Origin: an uncultured Candidatus Saccharibacteria bacterium | GTDB lineage: Bacteria; Patescibacteriota; Saccharimonadia; Saccharimonadales; JAUPVS01 | Length of the DNA stretch: 64,000 nucleotides | Assembly (NCBI GenBank): GCA_964627095.1 | Contig: CAZVKH010000002.1 | Span: 23,001 to 87,000 of the forward strand | Direction of reading: 5' to 3' | Part shown: piece by piece, positions 37,651 through 46,437 of the stretch | Layout of the letters: every line of letters begins with the position of its first letter | How positions within the stretch are numbered: the stretch's first letter is position 1 | Translations under genes and position numbers: made by a program | The notes under the pieces: generated by a model | Told to the model about the DNA's origin: nothing | Database searches by the model: none | The model's input: the letters and a program-made list of their open reading frames with translations, nothing else

Positions 37651-38640
37651 ATGGCCGAAGACCAACCATTCCAGCAGCAACCAGAACAACCACCTGTTAA
37701 CCCGGAAGAAGTAGCGCAGGCAGCTGCATTAGAAAATGGGGTACCTGACCCGACTGTTATCGAAGTCCAAACAGATCAATCTGGCGATGCCGCAGATGAG
37801 AATGAAGGGCGCTGGGATCCAGGTAAAGCCGCAACGCTGGCGGCCGCGCTTAAAGAAGAAGGCAGCTTTGACCGTGATCTAGAAGAGCATGAAGACTTTA
37901 AGAAGAAGGCATCGGCAGACGATTATCTCGATTCCTATCACCCGGTTAAGGGTAAGAAAAATGAAGTTGATTATGTTAAATCTGAAATTCAAGCACTCGA
38001 GAACCTTGAGCACAAGGATGAGTTTACTGAAGAGCGTATTGTGCGTCAGAGACAACGTTTAGACAGGAAAGAAAGCGAACTTGCGGCCACAAGGGAAGCA
38101 GTCGGTAAACATACCGAAGAGTCTCTTAGAAAAAGTAGCGAACGGGTTGCTAAAGTTGCAGATCAGGTGCTATCACCATTTGAAGAGTTGTATGACCTCA
38201 ACCCCGAAGCTTTTGCAAACATGCCAACCTCGGAGTTTATGGCCGTTGCCAAAGAGCTAAAAGAAATTGATCGTGCCACTCGGGAAAAGAGCGAATATTT
38301 AGCCGAGGTAGAAGGCTACGTTACCGAAGTCGATGAATTAATCGCTGAAGGGAAAGAATTAACGACATCCGCCGTTTACGAAGTATTTAATCGACTTGCC
38401 GATATTGCCTGGGGTAAGCCAGACGGCCCAGATTCTGGGTACAATGAGTTTTGTGAGGCAGAAGAAAAACAATATTTCGATCCAATTTTTGAAGGATCAT
38501 TCGACAAGACACCGCGAGAAAAAATGAATGGCGTCAAAGCGATGTACCAAAACTATGCTTCTCGAATCAAAGAAGGGCGCGACGCCGCTCGGGCCCAGCG
38601 CGAGCAACTCATAGCCAAGTACACGCCTAAGTCTGAGTAA
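37651..38640 (+). CDS. acidic coiled-coil protein, unknown function
   Basis: 329 aa, Glu/Asp/Lys-rich; no motif. Confidence 0.5.
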   Translation: MAEDQPFQQQPEQPPVNPEEVAQAAALENGVPDPTVIEVQTDQSGDAADENEGRWDPGKAATLAAALKEEGSFDRDLEEHEDFKKKASADDYLDSYHPVKGKKNEVDYVKSEIQALENLEHKDEFTEERIVRQRQRLDRKESELAATREAVGKHTEESLRKSSERVAKVADQVLSPFEELYDLNPEAFANMPTSEFMAVAKELKEIDRATREKSEYLAEVEGYVTEVDELIAEGKELTTSAVYEVFNRLADIAWGKPDGPDSGYNEFCEAEEKQYFDPIFEGSFDKTPREKMNGVKAMYQNYASRIKEGRDAARAQREQLIAKYTPKSE

Positions 38641-38657
38641 TAAGAACCCAAAGTCTT

Positions 38658-38666
38658 TGCTATAGT
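38658..38666 (+). promoter_or_regulatory. extended -10 (TGcTATAGT) 6 nt before ATG 38673
   Basis: tttgctatagttaagtcATG; no SD, implying a leaderless transcript. Confidence 0.45.
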
Positions 38667-38672
38667 TAAGTC

Positions 38673-39209
38673 ATGAGTCTCACCCAACCCTATAGCTATG
38701 ATAACGGTTACATTAGCCTGCATATGCCAGTTACGCCTGGCTTGCCGCCAACAATTGAAGTTAAAGGCTATAAGCTACTACTCAAGTCGGAGTTCCATAT
38801 TAGCCTAATCAAAGCACGCTTTGTGGCCGAGTTAGTCAATCCAAATCGCCAAGACCAAATCGAGCAAGAAATCGTTGCAGCCTTCGAAAAGTTTATTGCC
38901 ACGCAACCCCTAACTGAATTTCATCCAACCGGAGTTTTTCGGCTTGCCCAAGTTGATGTTCGTAAAACTGTAGTTGGTATGTGCGAAGTCCCACACCTGC
39001 AAGACTTCTTTGACCAGCTAAGAGCTACTTATAAAGTTGATATCCCTGACCAGCCAACGCACATTACTATGTACACGCTTCAGCCAGAAAAAGGCATCGG
39101 CTTATTATCGCCAGCCCAACTAGAGCAAGACAGTCAGGTAGTGGAGATACCAGAGATAAACATCTTTAAAAAAGCTGAAGACGTTGATCGAGCAGTTCTA
39201 GCAGTCTAA
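38673..39209 (+). CDS. 2H phosphoesterase superfamily-like protein (LigT/cyclic phosphodiesterase-like)
   Basis: Two HxS/T motifs in hydrophobic context, FH42-I-S-LI and TH130-I-T-MY, in a 178-aa protein. Confidence 0.5.
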   Translation: MSLTQPYSYDNGYISLHMPVTPGLPPTIEVKGYKLLLKSEFHISLIKARFVAELVNPNRQDQIEQEIVAAFEKFIATQPLTEFHPTGVFRLAQVDVRKTVVGMCEVPHLQDFFDQLRATYKVDIPDQPTHITMYTLQPEKGIGLLSPAQLEQDSQVVEIPEINIFKKAEDVDRAVLAV

Positions 39210-40343
39210 AATATGGTCTTTGTTGCGAGCCAGTTTTTTGTCTAATTTAACTTTGAGCAAGTTTAAAATATTAAGTGTCCTTTGGGTTTTAGAGTCGGTT
39301 GCTTCGGGGTGAGGTTGTACTTGGTGCAGCGCTAGTCGGGTATCGACCACGCCGACAGCCTGTTGTACGCCAACCCAATGACCACGCTGGGAACGCTGGC
39401 TGACTGAAAAATCGGCTGGAACGGCCAGCAATCTGGTGGCGGTGTAAAGTTGTCGATAGGTCGCTACTTTAAAGGCCTCGTCTAGTAAGCCTCTGGCTAT
39501 GTCACTGTCCGGCGTTTCGTTATAGCGCCCATCCCTAACGCGCAGTTCCATTACCGCCAAACTAGCGATGTGGGGCGTGAGGCGGCCGATGAGCTGGTCG
39601 AGGGCGGTGGCTATCTCGATAACTTCGGGTGGTCGGTTATCCTGCTTATCGACAACATCATGAATGCGATCACCGTGCTCGGCTATGACATCTTGAGCAA
39701 CGCGTGACAGATGCCGGTATATGGCCGGATGGGTGTGTGGCCAAGACGGACCATGACTGCCTTCATCGGCGCCCAAATCGTGCCGGACTAAGCCAAATTG
39801 ATCAATGTTTGGGGCTAGTAACTTCATGTCGGCCATCGCTTCGGTTATCTGGCCAGCGGTAAATATCTGGCTGCCATTATCGCGTGGTTCGCCTGGCACT
39901 ACTTTTGGAATGTCTATGCCCACCAAACGGCCCAGCTGCTGGTGTATGTTATTGGCGCCGTTCGGCCCGTTAACTAATCGAAAACGGTACAGACTGTCGA
40001 ACCAGCGGTCATGATAGAAGGCTACATAACCTTCCTGGTCTTCGATCAGCCCATGTAGGGTCTGGTCATGATCTTTGTCGGGGTCGTCAATTCGTTCGTA
40101 CCAATCGGGGTCTTCGTAGTCGTGGAGGTCTTCTTCTAGAATTCCACTAACTGGGTTTTGTTTGTAGGCTGGACGTTTATAGTGCTCTTGTCGAAACTCG
40201 GCATAGCGCCTGTCACCAACTTCGCTTATGGCCGTAAAGTCATGCCTGGCGAAAGGGTGGTTTTGCGACACGACACATCCCTCCGGATTAAATTCAAAAT
40301 CAAGATGCTGGGCAAGGCTCTGTAGTTTTTGGGTATCAATCAT
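39198..40343 (-). CDS. hypothetical protein (381 aa)
   Basis: Long ORF convergent with the 2H gene (12-nt overlap); no family recognised. Confidence 0.5.
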   Translation of the reverse strand: MIDTQKLQSLAQHLDFEFNPEGCVVSQNHPFARHDFTAISEVGDRRYAEFRQEHYKRPAYKQNPVSGILEEDLHDYEDPDWYERIDDPDKDHDQTLHGLIEDQEGYVAFYHDRWFDSLYRFRLVNGPNGANNIHQQLGRLVGIDIPKVVPGEPRDNGSQIFTAGQITEAMADMKLLAPNIDQFGLVRHDLGADEGSHGPSWPHTHPAIYRHLSRVAQDVIAEHGDRIHDVVDKQDNRPPEVIEIATALDQLIGRLTPHIASLAVMELRVRDGRYNETPDSDIARGLLDEAFKVATYRQLYTATRLLAVPADFSVSQRSQRGHWVGVQQAVGVVDTRLALHQVQPHPEATDSKTQRTLNILNLLKVKLDKKLARNKDHILDC

Positions 40344-40449
40344 AACGCAATATTATTCATGTTACGATACAACAAAACAACCCAGATTGCAAAGGTGGTA
40401 ATTTGCTCATGCTTGCAAATACTATAGAAAAGGCTAGAGTAGAAAAATA

Positions 40450-41199
40450 ATGATTGATTTTGGAGAACACCAGCCCGAAGCCGAACGCATGCGCGTCTTG
40501 ACCGACGATATGCTGGTGCAGCAACCACTATCAGACGACAACCGCTTGCTCGACACTTTGCAACAGGCTCATTACCTTGAACCCGATACCTGTGTTGGCT
40601 ATGCGCCAGCTGCCCTGTACTTTACTCGAGAAGGGGGAGAAGATGACCGTGTCGCCGAGCTGTTTGTTGGACGGCCTTTAGGCGAAGCTGCCCTGGTTCC
40701 CAACGGGGATGTCGTAGCCAACTACAGCTCAACGCACTTCAAACTACTTGAACTGTACGATAAACTTCCGTTTGGCACTACTAGTACCGAAACGGGCACT
40801 GTTACTGATTGCCAGGATGGTAGGCGTTTATTTGTGCCTCGTAATGAACAAAGCGTAGAGTCACAAATTTTGCATGGCCGATTTGCGGGTGCAACTGCTT
40901 TGCGCACCGAGTTTGACCGCCTTGGTATTGATGACATTGGTTTCAGCCGGCCATGGGTCACGGATAAGTATCAATGGAGTAAATTGCTAAGTTTTATAGG
41001 CGCACTGCGTGAAGCCGCAAAATGGGTTAGCTATACCTTAGAACCACCCTATGATCACGCAGCCCAAGAACGCTACCCAAGAACCCTAACATTCGAAGAG
41101 GCTACCGTCTGCCTGGATGGCGCACTTTCGGCTATTGCCGATGGATTTCCGGCCCACGACATTGATTTCGTTCATGACATCCTGGGCTATGCGCATTAG
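40450..41199 (+). CDS. hypothetical protein (249 aa)
   Basis: Long ORF; TAGAGT -10-like hexamer 9 nt upstream of the ATG. Confidence 0.5.
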   Translation: MIDFGEHQPEAERMRVLTDDMLVQQPLSDDNRLLDTLQQAHYLEPDTCVGYAPAALYFTREGGEDDRVAELFVGRPLGEAALVPNGDVVANYSSTHFKLLELYDKLPFGTTSTETGTVTDCQDGRRLFVPRNEQSVESQILHGRFAGATALRTEFDRLGIDDIGFSRPWVTDKYQWSKLLSFIGALREAAKWVSYTLEPPYDHAAQERYPRTLTFEEATVCLDGALSAIADGFPAHDIDFVHDILGYAH

Positions 41200-41254
41200 C
41201 ATTCCAAGAATATGACAACCAGTCAGGCACCACTTTTACAGATACCCCACAATA

Positions 41255-41263
41255 TGGTAGGAT
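41255..41263 (+). promoter_or_regulatory. extended -10 (TGgTAGGAT) 6 nt before ATG 41270
   Basis: tggtaggat-agtttt-ATG. Confidence 0.4.
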
Positions 41264-41269
41264 AGTTTT

Positions 41270-41818
41270 ATGCAACACTTGGTAGAGGCCAGTGCTTTCC
41301 AAAAACCGACTCAACGCTTTCCTACACTTGAGGAATTTGCTGAATTTGGTGCTGCCCACCAGGGTGACAGCTGGAGTGTGCGCTTTCCGATGGAAGGCGA
41401 GCTACAAGCCGACATCATCGGTGGTGAATGGCAAAATGACGATGACCCTGCTTTTAGAGACGGTTCAATTTGTGTCGGCCCAGACCAATTTGTAGAATTA
41501 AGTAACGGTCGTCGTACCGTAACGTTCCCTCGTAGCGAAGAAGGCTTAATCGTGTCGACCAACTATTATTCCCTCAACATTACCTACAGGGACCCAACGA
41601 TTAACCAGCCTAACCGCCAGGTTTTTGACCGCAGCCTTGTCTGGGTAGCCGTCCCGCGCTACCGTGTTGGGCTAAGAAACCCCTTTATGAGGTTTGGTAT
41701 TAACCGGAATCACCACGCTGACGCCGAAACCTTGTCTGCACAAATGCTGACTGCCCGCGATAAGGCAACTAACTACTTGCTCGGCGCACTGCTAGACGAC
41801 CCGTTCACTCAAGACTAA
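41270..41818 (+). CDS. hypothetical protein (182 aa)
   Basis: Long ORF, no family recognised. Confidence 0.5.
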   Translation: MQHLVEASAFQKPTQRFPTLEEFAEFGAAHQGDSWSVRFPMEGELQADIIGGEWQNDDDPAFRDGSICVGPDQFVELSNGRRTVTFPRSEEGLIVSTNYYSLNITYRDPTINQPNRQVFDRSLVWVAVPRYRVGLRNPFMRFGINRNHHADAETLSAQMLTARDKATNYLLGALLDDPFTQD

Positions 41819-41821
41819 ACT

Positions 41822-42424
41822 ATGACCAAATATGTTCTTAATTCAGGTGGTGTTCGTAACAATCCGGCTAAGGCTAGGGAGTTCATGGCCGAGGTGGTGA
41901 AGGGTTTAGGCGTTGAGCCTAAGATGCTGGTGTGCTTATTTGCCCAACCGCGCGAAGACTGGGAAGTTAAGTTTAGCCAATACACCAACGAGCTGAACGA
42001 ACGTTTACCGGAGGGTGTAAAACTGACATTAGAACTGGCTATGCCCGACAGCTTTGCCGATCAGGTTGCCCGCAACGATATTGTTTACATACACGGCGGC
42101 GATGACGAGTTAGCTACCTACCGCTTTAGTAAGTTCAACGATCTGCCTGGCATTTTTGCTGGCAAAGTTATTGCCACCAGCTCGGCTGGCTCCGATGTGT
42201 TGGTAAAACATTACTGGACCTGTGACTGGCGTCGCAACATGGACGGCCTGGGCATTCTTCCTATTAAATTCCTGCCTCATTACAAATCTGCCTATGGCAA
42301 CGACGACCCTTATCGCGGTCCGATCGACTGGGACAAAGCCTACCAAGACCTAGCCGCCTACGGCGACACCTCACTACCGATTCACGCCCTCGAAGAAGGC
42401 GACTTTATTGTCATCGAACAGTAG
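41822..42424 (+). CDS. peptidase S51 (dipeptidase E)-like / class I glutamine amidotransferase-like protein
   Basis: IVYIHGGD and nucleophile-elbow-like ATSSAGSDV, about 200 aa. Confidence 0.5.
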   Translation: MTKYVLNSGGVRNNPAKAREFMAEVVKGLGVEPKMLVCLFAQPREDWEVKFSQYTNELNERLPEGVKLTLELAMPDSFADQVARNDIVYIHGGDDELATYRFSKFNDLPGIFAGKVIATSSAGSDVLVKHYWTCDWRRNMDGLGILPIKFLPHYKSAYGNDDPYRGPIDWDKAYQDLAAYGDTSLPIHALEEGDFIVIEQ

Positions 42425-42427
42425 TGA

Positions 42428-43030
42428 CTATTCGGCTGATTCGCTGACGGTGTAGACGATGGCGGTTTTGCCGTCTTTGGTGTTGTAGTAGGTGTTGACG
42501 TTAAGCGTGCCTTTTTTGGCTATGATCAAGCCGCCGTCGCTGGTGTCGCTGTTCATGCTGGTGGTCCAGCCGTCGGTGGAGAAGCTCTTAACCTGGCTTT
42601 CGCTGACTTTTGTGACACTGTCGCTGGTGGTCATGGTGACTGTCCAGGCTGTTTTGCCGTCTGTAGTGATTTTACCGCTACCTTCGATGTCACCGTCATA
42701 AACCGGTATGCCGGTAGGAAAGTCTTTTGGTAAAGTCTTGGTCTCGCCGGCGGTGTATTCATTACCATCTTTGTCTTTAACGGTCACGCTCTTGCTGTTG
42801 GAGTCGACTTTTACACCGGTTTCGTCTGATATCTTGTTGCCCAGAAACACTGCGCCGACTGTAAAGAAGATGGCTGGCAAAATTACAAAGAAGAACACTA
42901 CCACAGCTACGATGATGATAACGGTCTTGTTGTTATTCTTTTTGGCCACTGGAGCTGCGGCCGGGGCCTCCGGTTTAGTTGTTTCGGCTGCTGGTGCTGG
43001 TTTTGGTGCTTCGGCTGGTTTGTCGGCCAT
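42428..43030 (-). CDS. membrane-anchored extracytoplasmic protein
   Basis: Ala/Pro-rich N-terminus, single TM, beta-rich Thr/Lys/Asp ectodomain. Confidence 0.5.
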   Translation of the reverse strand: MADKPAEAPKPAPAAETTKPEAPAAAPVAKKNNNKTVIIIVAVVVFFFVILPAIFFTVGAVFLGNKISDETGVKVDSNSKSVTVKDKDGNEYTAGETKTLPKDFPTGIPVYDGDIEGSGKITTDGKTAWTVTMTTSDSVTKVSESQVKSFSTDGWTTSMNSDTSDGGLIIAKKGTLNVNTYYNTKDGKTAIVYTVSESAE

Positions 43031-43107
43031 TGGGATACTCCTTATAGTAGTTGTTAACCTTATAATACTCCCCAGGCAAGCAATATTCTAGATAATCCCC
43101 AGCACCA

Positions 43108-43136
43108 TTGACAAAAAAGCATAACCTTGCTAGAAT
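43108..43136 (+). promoter_or_regulatory. near-consensus promoter TTGACA-N17-TAGAAT (with TGc extension)
   Basis: ttgaca 43108-43113, 17-nt spacer, tagaat 43131-43136; ATG 43147 follows 10 nt later. Confidence 0.6.
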
Positions 43137-43146
43137 AGTTAACATT

Positions 43147-43800
43147 ATGCAACGATTCAACGCCGAAGACCTTGATCCTGGTTATAAAGAATTTGTGAAA
43201 GAACAACGCAAAATTCGTCGCAAGGCGAACCTTCGCGACGGGGCTTTTGTAGCCGTTGCTCTAGTTGGTGCCGGCTTAGCTACTGGTTACGTCAGTTCTT
43301 GTGAGTCAAGCGAATCTGGCAGTCAGCCAAGTGTTACCGAAGTCACCCCTGCTCCAGAAGTTGTAATTAGTTACGACAACCCAACCGAAAGTGCTCAATA
43401 TTGGGCACGCGGCGGTAGTGACGAAAAAGTTACTGTTAGCGACATTAACCTCGCTAAAACCTATGCTGAAATGGTGGAAGATCCTAATCAGGCTAGTCTG
43501 GTAAATGACCTTGTGAGTCGTGAGGCCGCTTTGGCCGCCTCCTATGCCGCCGGTGGTAGTGGCAATGGCTCAATTACTGTCAATGACTTTAAAGTAGCCG
43601 AATATCTAGCCGACGTTTCAGCCGATTACGGTGAACATAGCGACTCAGCCTATGAAGCGATTGCCACTAACGCCATAATGGTTGGTAACTATTGGCAGCA
43701 GGGTGGAGTCGATGGTGTTGCTGAAAGCAGGGACTACCGAGTTGCCAACTATTACTACGACATTGCTGCACAAGCCAACCAAGACGCCCAAGCCAACTAA
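43147..43800 (+). CDS. membrane-anchored (lipoprotein-like?) hypothetical protein
   Basis: Start moved to ATG 43147 because the TTG at 43108 is the -35 hexamer. TM segment ends in ...VSSC. Confidence 0.5.
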   Translation: MQRFNAEDLDPGYKEFVKEQRKIRRKANLRDGAFVAVALVGAGLATGYVSSCESSESGSQPSVTEVTPAPEVVISYDNPTESAQYWARGGSDEKVTVSDINLAKTYAEMVEDPNQASLVNDLVSREAALAASYAAGGSGNGSITVNDFKVAEYLADVSADYGEHSDSAYEAIATNAIMVGNYWQQGGVDGVAESRDYRVANYYYDIAAQANQDAQAN

Positions 43801-43822
43801 ACGCTTGTGTTATAATATTAGC

Positions 43823-44000
43823 GTTAACAACTAATTATCGCGAGCACGGCGAGGGATCGAGCCCTAAGACCCGTCAGCAACCAGGTTCAGTTTTATACTG
43901 AACAAAAGGTGCTAATTCTCGCCCCATGAAAGGGGGAAGATATGACCACATCTATGTCATTTATATAACCAACCGGTTTTTCTGGTTGGTTCTTTTATTT
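43823..44000 (+). ncRNA. candidate structured RNA (sRNA or cis-acting leader), about 175 nt
   Basis: Extended -10 TGtTATAAT at 43808-43816. Hairpins at 43846-43874, 43885-43903 (7 bp perfect), 43922-43935 and 43942-43960, ending in an intrinsic terminator. Confidence 0.4.
43967..44000 (+). terminator. Rho-independent terminator
   Basis: aaccaaccgg-ttttt-ctggttggtt (10-bp stem including one G-U) followed by cttttattt. Confidence 0.7.
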
Positions 44001-44036
44001 ACCTCTATTAATTTGAAACATTAGGAGACATATATA

Positions 44037-44543
44037 ATGACCGACAAAGAACTATCACCTCAAAAAATTGCCGAGATACTAGGCTCCGAACCACCAATTT
44101 ACGTTGGTGAGGTTAGTTTTATCGACCTGGCTAGTGGCGGCACAAGTGGAAAGGTCGAGGCTCACAAACGGGCCCGTGAAGTGGCGCACGACAGCCCCGA
44201 TAGTGCCATTGGCGGAGCGATCGCCAAGCTAGCTGGGCTGATTGATGTGCCGCGCGGGCCGCAAGCCGATCTAACACCAACTCAAAAAGATGCCGTCGCC
44301 GGCAGCATTGTTTCGTTACTATTTTGGCACGAACGTTACCAAGACGGTGGTGCCGATGAAGCGACAGTTATCAGAGGCCTGTTTGACGAATATTTTGTCT
44401 ACCAATCTGAAGTTGCCGAAACGCCCGCTGGTCATGTACTGCGCGTTCTGGGCGACGACTTTGCTATCGAGACCGGCTTTGACCTCGATCAGGCCTGGGA
44501 AATATACCTGAACTCACTCGAGGCTAATAATCGCGGCCGCTAA
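44037..44543 (+). CDS. hypothetical protein (168 aa)
   Basis: SD aggag 8 nt upstream; no family recognised. Confidence 0.5.
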   Translation: MTDKELSPQKIAEILGSEPPIYVGEVSFIDLASGGTSGKVEAHKRAREVAHDSPDSAIGGAIAKLAGLIDVPRGPQADLTPTQKDAVAGSIVSLLFWHERYQDGGADEATVIRGLFDEYFVYQSEVAETPAGHVLRVLGDDFAIETGFDLDQAWEIYLNSLEANNRGR

Positions 44544-44596
44544 GTTCTTAACATAAGCGGCTTGCTACTCAGCCACCACAAGTCTAGAATAGAACT

Positions 44597-45373
44597 ATGA
44601 AGCTGAAAAAGCTCGACCAAACCGGGTCGCACTTAATAGCCGTTGTATTGGTGATTGTGGCAATTGCCGTAGTTGGGTTTGCCGGCTATCGTGTCTTGGG
44701 CCAGAAAAAAGACAACTCTAGCGCCAGCACCAATAGCCAGCAACCATCCAAAACGGCCACAGAAGACGACCTGGTTCTGCAAAACCTCGGCATCGATACA
44801 CTTAGTAACGTTGAAGTCACCACCCAAGCCACGCGCGAATATCAAAGCCGGGGCTTGAAGGGTTTCTATATATTTGGCGATAAACTAGACGCCACGCGCA
44901 AGAATCCTAACTTCGAGTACGCCTCGCTCAAAACTGGCACCAAAGCCGTTGCCGCCATCGACGGTACAGTAACATTTATTAAGTTACAGAACGACAGCAA
45001 CGACTACGAAGTAATGGTGCAGCCCAAAGACGGCTCGGCTTGGACGATTGGCTACGATCACCTGGTAAAACTGACCGTCAAGCAAGGCGACACCGTTAAG
45101 GCTGGTGACCCGCTGGGCGAACCCAACGTCCAAAATAACGGCCTGCTAAGATTCGAAGTTCAGATCAACAAAGACGCCAACGGCCAAACAACCCATTACT
45201 GCCCATCCAACCTGTTGGCGGCAAGCGTCAAAGATCAGCTATTAACCGAACTCAAAACCATGCAAAACCAGTGGAACACCACTACCGGCTTCCAGCTTTA
45301 TGATGTGTCGCAGCAAAACCCAGTTGGTTGCCTAAAAACCACCATGACTCCAGCCGAAGCCGAAGGCCGCTAA
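44597..45373 (+). CDS. membrane-anchored degenerate M23/LytM-like protein (paralog of 302-1129)
   Basis: GTKAVAAIDGTV...IGYDHLVKLTVKQGDTVKAGDPLGEP...LRFEVQI. Same architecture and N-terminal KL(D/N)Q(T/A)G anchor as the first ORF. Confidence 0.45.
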   Translation: MKLKKLDQTGSHLIAVVLVIVAIAVVGFAGYRVLGQKKDNSSASTNSQQPSKTATEDDLVLQNLGIDTLSNVEVTTQATREYQSRGLKGFYIFGDKLDATRKNPNFEYASLKTGTKAVAAIDGTVTFIKLQNDSNDYEVMVQPKDGSAWTIGYDHLVKLTVKQGDTVKAGDPLGEPNVQNNGLLRFEVQINKDANGQTTHYCPSNLLAASVKDQLLTELKTMQNQWNTTTGFQLYDVSQQNPVGCLKTTMTPAEAEGR

Positions 45374-45813
45374 GCTGCCGGTGACGGGTTCGCAAAACCC
45401 TCTGGCACGAACTGGCGGAGCATTTTTAGTGCCTCTGGTGCTGAACTGATAACACCGGTAACCCCGGCTTGAAAGCTGGCCGCGTCAAGAATGACATCAT
45501 GAGGGTTGGCTGACAGTTCTAGTTCTTGCTTGTCTACCACGCCGTAATACCAGTTTGGGTTGGCTAGCTTTACGTCATCACTAACCGATGCCAGTATGAC
45601 TGGCGCTAGCTTGCCCAGGTAGAACTCACCGTTCCAATAATAGGCTGTGCGCTGAGCTTCGGGAATCGGTATAACTTCTGCCACCCATGGCTTTGGAAAG
45701 CCCCAACCAAGCAGAGCCTTTCTTTGTATGTATTGTAAATCCACAAAGTTGCTCAAAGTAACGCCTGGTGGTTTTTCTGCTTTACTGGCTTTTAGTTTCT
45801 CAAAATAGCTCAT
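45370..45813 (-). CDS. hypothetical protein
   Basis: Start set to ATG (MSYFEKLK) to avoid overlapping the NUDIX gene. Confidence 0.45.
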   Translation of the reverse strand: MSYFEKLKASKAEKPPGVTLSNFVDLQYIQRKALLGWGFPKPWVAEVIPIPEAQRTAYYWNGEFYLGKLAPVILASVSDDVKLANPNWYYGVVDKQELELSANPHDVILDAASFQAGVTGVISSAPEALKMLRQFVPEGFANPSPAA

Positions 45814-45860
45814 CGTAATATATAATCTACAACTTTCCCCTAAAAACGCAAGCAGCGCTT

Positions 45861-46379
45861 TTAAAGATAATCGGTGGCTGGCACCTGTTCCCAGTTGGGC
45901 AAGCAAACTTCAAGGCCAAACAGGCCAATGTCGCGCACAAAAGTATCTAGCTTAGCTATTTCGGCGGCTGTGAGCAGCTTAATTTCGGCTGATTCGTTGT
46001 CGCTAATTGCTCCCGCTGGTGCTTCGTTGGCTACGAATATATACCCTGCATCAGTGTGGAAGTGCTGTTCATGGCCATACTGGTGGGTGTTGTAGCTGGC
46101 CGGTAGCGGGTGAAGTGTGTTGTTGGTTGACAACTTGAGTCGTTCTGCTGGCTGTAACACTTTAAGCTGGGCAATCTGGTAGCCGGTTTCTTCTTCTATT
46201 TCGTGGCAAATTGCCTGCCAAGGATTTTCGTTGAGCTCGATGTGGCCGCCAAACTGCATCCAACGACCGAGTTTTTTGTGCTTGTGCAGCATCAGCTTAG
46301 GCTCAGCAAAGTCGGTTCTAATAATGTAAGCGCTCACTGTGTGGTCGTATTGGCCTGGTTTAGTATGTAGATGCGGCAT
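45861..46379 (-). CDS. NUDIX hydrolase
   Basis: NUDIX box GGHIELNENPWQAICHEIEEETGY. Confidence 0.8.
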   Translation of the reverse strand: MPHLHTKPGQYDHTVSAYIIRTDFAEPKLMLHKHKKLGRWMQFGGHIELNENPWQAICHEIEEETGYQIAQLKVLQPAERLKLSTNNTLHPLPASYNTHQYGHEQHFHTDAGYIFVANEAPAGAISDNESAEIKLLTAAEIAKLDTFVRDIGLFGLEVCLPNWEQVPATDYL

Positions 46380-46437
46380 ATTGACAGTATACAGCCGACC
46401 ACGAGAATGATAAGCTTAAATAGAATTGAGGAGGATT

